Positions 27,390-29,477 of a stretch of 29,477 nucleotides of DNA are shown one piece after another (position 1 is the first letter of the stretch; the number at the start of each line of letters is the position of its first letter). A model generated the notes under the pieces. That model searched no databases and was not told the origin of the DNA. It saw only the letters and a list, made by a program, of their open reading frames with translations. Origin of the DNA: Alteromonas naphthalenivorans. Lineage in GTDB: Bacteria > Babelota > Babeliae > Babelales > CAIQNR01. The position numbers were made by a program, and so were the translations under genes. The stretch spans positions 1-29,477 of the forward strand of contig JBLICC010000004.1 of the NCBI GenBank assembly GCA_047631715.1, read 5' to 3'.

Positions 27390-28237
27390 AATACAAGCTC
27401 TCCAGCAGACTTTATCGACTGAGTTCGATAATAATTACTATCATCTTGCCATACCTTCCATGGAGCATTATTTTTCCAAAGAGACTCTAAGTGTTCCTTA
27501 TCTCTAATGGTATCCATACAATACCAAAAGTCAGTATGTTTATACGCCATTAATTCATCGGTATCACATAAAATAGGTAAAACATCTTTTTCAAATATAC
27601 AAGACTCATTTTTTGATACTAAATCCAAAACTTTTTTATTTAAAACAAAAAAGCCACCATTAATCCAACTTGTTGCAAATCGTTGTTTTTCTAAAAAAGA
27701 TTCAACTTTATTTTCATTTAATTTAAGGTGTCCAAATCTAGTCGGTGGATATACTCCTGTAAGCGTAGCTATTTTATTATGAGAAAAATGAAAATCAATA
27801 AGCTTCTTTATATCTACATTTGCTATGCCATCTCCATAGGTAAGCATAAATGTATCGGTCTTAATATAATCAGCAATTTGAGCTACTCGTGAACCTGTTT
27901 GATTAGTATCACCAGTATTAACTAAAGTTACCTCCCACTCTTCTTTCTTTATACTACTTTCTGTTAAAAGACCTGTTTTTGTATTAATAGTAAAATCTAA
28001 ATCTTGAAGCCTATATTTAAAAAAGTATTCTTTTATCATCTCTCCTTTATAGCCAAGACAAATAATAAACTTATTAAATCCAAAATAAGAATACAACTTC
28101 ATAATATGCCAAAGAATAGGCCTTCCCCCTATGGTGACCATAGGCTTGGGTCGAAACTCAGTCTCTTCTCGCAAGCGAGTTCCTAACCCCCCTGCCAAAA
28201 TAACAACTGGTATATCACTTTTTTTTATTGCTCCCAT
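27386..28237 (-). CDS. rfbF: Glucose-1-phosphate cytidylyltransferase
   Basis: VILAGGLGTRLREETEFRPKPMVTIGGRPILWHIMK, CLGYKG, LTYGDG, WINGGFFV and FWYCMDTIRDK...APWKVW. Confidence 0.95.
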   Translation of the reverse strand: MGAIKKSDIPVVILAGGLGTRLREETEFRPKPMVTIGGRPILWHIMKLYSYFGFNKFIICLGYKGEMIKEYFFKYRLQDLDFTINTKTGLLTESSIKKEEWEVTLVNTGDTNQTGSRVAQIADYIKTDTFMLTYGDGIANVDIKKLIDFHFSHNKIATLTGVYPPTRFGHLKLNENKVESFLEKQRFATSWINGGFFVLNKKVLDLVSKNESCIFEKDVLPILCDTDELMAYKHTDFWYCMDTIRDKEHLESLWKNNAPWKVWQDDSNYYRTQSIKSAGELVL

Positions 28238-29310
28238 TGCATGCCCCCTCCATCATATAAAGAATAAAGATTTGATTCTATAACAGAGCGTTTAATAGAA
28301 GAAAAAGATTGTTCATTTTTTTCCAAAATTTTTTTATATGTATCAACTAAAGATTTTTCAAAAAGCAAAAAGTTTAATTTTGATGCTATCTTATCCTTAA
28401 TAGCAACCCCCCACATGCTCTCTTTAATAGTATTATGATCTTTAATCGTAACACTATGCGCATCTATCATGTCATTAATAAGTCGTCTCACTAAATCATC
28501 CGCCTCTTTATAAATTATTTTATAATCTATTGTTGATGATTGATTCAATAAAGATGAAATTTCTAAAAATAACCATGCTCGATCTTTCTGGAAATTTTGT
28601 GTGAAAATTTTTTCTTCATTTAATAAACTTAATTTAGCTCCCACAGTATCCCCACTTTTTTCTTGAAAATGATAAGGTAAATTAAAAACCTTAAATTTAC
28701 CCGCTATCAGAGTAGCCGACTCTATAAACTGAATAGACAACCAATCCCAATCCTTTTTAGATTGAGAAACTATTTTATAATTATTTTGCAGAACAGCTGT
28801 TCTATGAATAGCATAAAAAGAACATGAATTAGAAAGATTCATACTTTTTATTCGATCTAAAGAAGTATCTCCTTCTATAGATTGCATATGATGAACTGGC
28901 AACCAATAAAAATTTTCTGTTGGCAAAGAATAAAAATTATAAAGCAACCCTCGAGCGGCACTGTACTCTTTATTTTGTAATAAAAATTCGCAACTTTTTT
29001 TTACTGTATCGTATATCATAAAGTCATCATCAGCACATAAAGTCGTCAAAGGTGTAGAAACAATATGCAAAGCCTTAGAAACTTTACTATAAAAAGAAAT
29101 GCTAGAATCATAGTTTTGCAATATAAAATTCTTATCTTTACAATCTACAACTATCTTTCTTACTTCTTCTTTATAGTTATCATCACTTGAATCGGCAATT
29201 ATAATACTAAGGTTAAAAGATTCTTTAATAAAATATTTTAACAATCTTTTTAAATATTGCGGTCTATTGCGTGTTGGGATAACTATTGTTAACAAAGTTT
29301 TCATTTTCAT
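28225..29310 (-). CDS. GT2-like glycosyltransferase (TIGR00180-like)
   Basis: LTIVIPTRNRPQYLKRLLKY, IIIADSS, LCADDDF and FYAIHRT. I placed the start at the ATG at 29310 because it forms an ATGA overlap with the upstream partial ORF. The ORF track extends to 29373. Confidence 0.8.
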   Translation of the reverse strand: MKMKTLLTIVIPTRNRPQYLKRLLKYFIKESFNLSIIIADSSDDNYKEEVRKIVVDCKDKNFILQNYDSSISFYSKVSKALHIVSTPLTTLCADDDFMIYDTVKKSCEFLLQNKEYSAARGLLYNFYSLPTENFYWLPVHHMQSIEGDTSLDRIKSMNLSNSCSFYAIHRTAVLQNNYKIVSQSKKDWDWLSIQFIESATLIAGKFKVFNLPYHFQEKSGDTVGAKLSLLNEEKIFTQNFQKDRAWLFLEISSLLNQSSTIDYKIIYKEADDLVRRLINDMIDAHSVTIKDHNTIKESMWGVAIKDKIASKLNFLLFEKSLVDTYKKILEKNEQSFSSIKRSVIESNLYSLYDGGGMQWEQ

Positions 29311-29477
29311 ATTTGTTTTTCTTCCCATTTTAACAAAGGCCTTATAGCTGAAGGCAACCAATTCCCAACCCAATTACCTCGTGCTCCCAATCCTTGTTGA
29401 TGATCTACCATCTTAAAAGAAAGAATATATTCTAAAACAACATGGGATTTTTTCTGAGGAGTCATAATATGAAGAGA
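29307..29477 (-). CDS. Partial CDS (3' end), unknown product
   Basis: The frame is open from the window edge: SLHIMTPQKKSHVVLEYILSFKMVDHQQGLGARGNWVGNWLPSAIRPLLKWEEKQI*. Its stop overlaps the next ATG (ATGA). Confidence 0.55.
   Translation of the reverse strand, partial: SLHIMTPQKKSHVVLEYILSFKMVDHQQGLGARGNWVGNWLPSAIRPLLKWEEKQI

Noticed and set aside
1549..28186. Short ORFs in the track (1549..1797, 2543..2749, 7150..7359, 9777..9968, 14162..14368, 15276..15458, 19139..19345, 19591..19794, 21654..21857, 23301..23507, 23798..24076, 27507..27782, 28004..28186)
   Set aside because: All lie antisense to, or out of frame within, well-supported genes and show no recognisable motifs. They are most likely shadow ORFs.
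29311..29373. N-terminal extension of the last glycosyltransferase (MGWELVAF...)
   Set aside because: It lies inside the upstream partial ORF, whose stop forms an ATGA overlap with the ATG at 29310.

Overview
AT-rich bacterial cell-surface glycosylation locus with 27 complete CDS and two partial CDS at the window edges. I saw no RNA genes, CRISPR arrays or recognisable mobile elements. A ~20 kb minus-strand run (20032 down to 85) carries nine multi-pass membrane proteins with GT-C-like features: four paralogs of one family, three of a second, one that bridges the two families, and one ArnT/PMT-like protein. It also carries three tandem GtrB-like and one DPM1/ArnC-like polyprenyl-phosphate glycosyltransferase, a membrane-anchored transglutaminase-like protein, a SAM methyltransferase and a sugar C-methylation module (UXS/ArnA-like SDR, NDP-sugar C-methyltransferase, RmlD-like reductase). 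The right-hand third holds an inverted LTA-synthase/sulfatase-like gene, a GT4, a TylF-type O-methyltransferase, a CDP-sugar module (rfbF, rfbG, an rfbC-like epimerase, an SDR reductase) and two GT2s. The most notable feature is an apparently expanded lipid-carrier-dependent extracytoplasmic glycosylation system built from paralogs I cannot assign to named families. There is also a decayed copy of the GT4 3' end that marks a rearrangement or insertion scar. All functional calls rest on motifs read by eye; no database searches were run.
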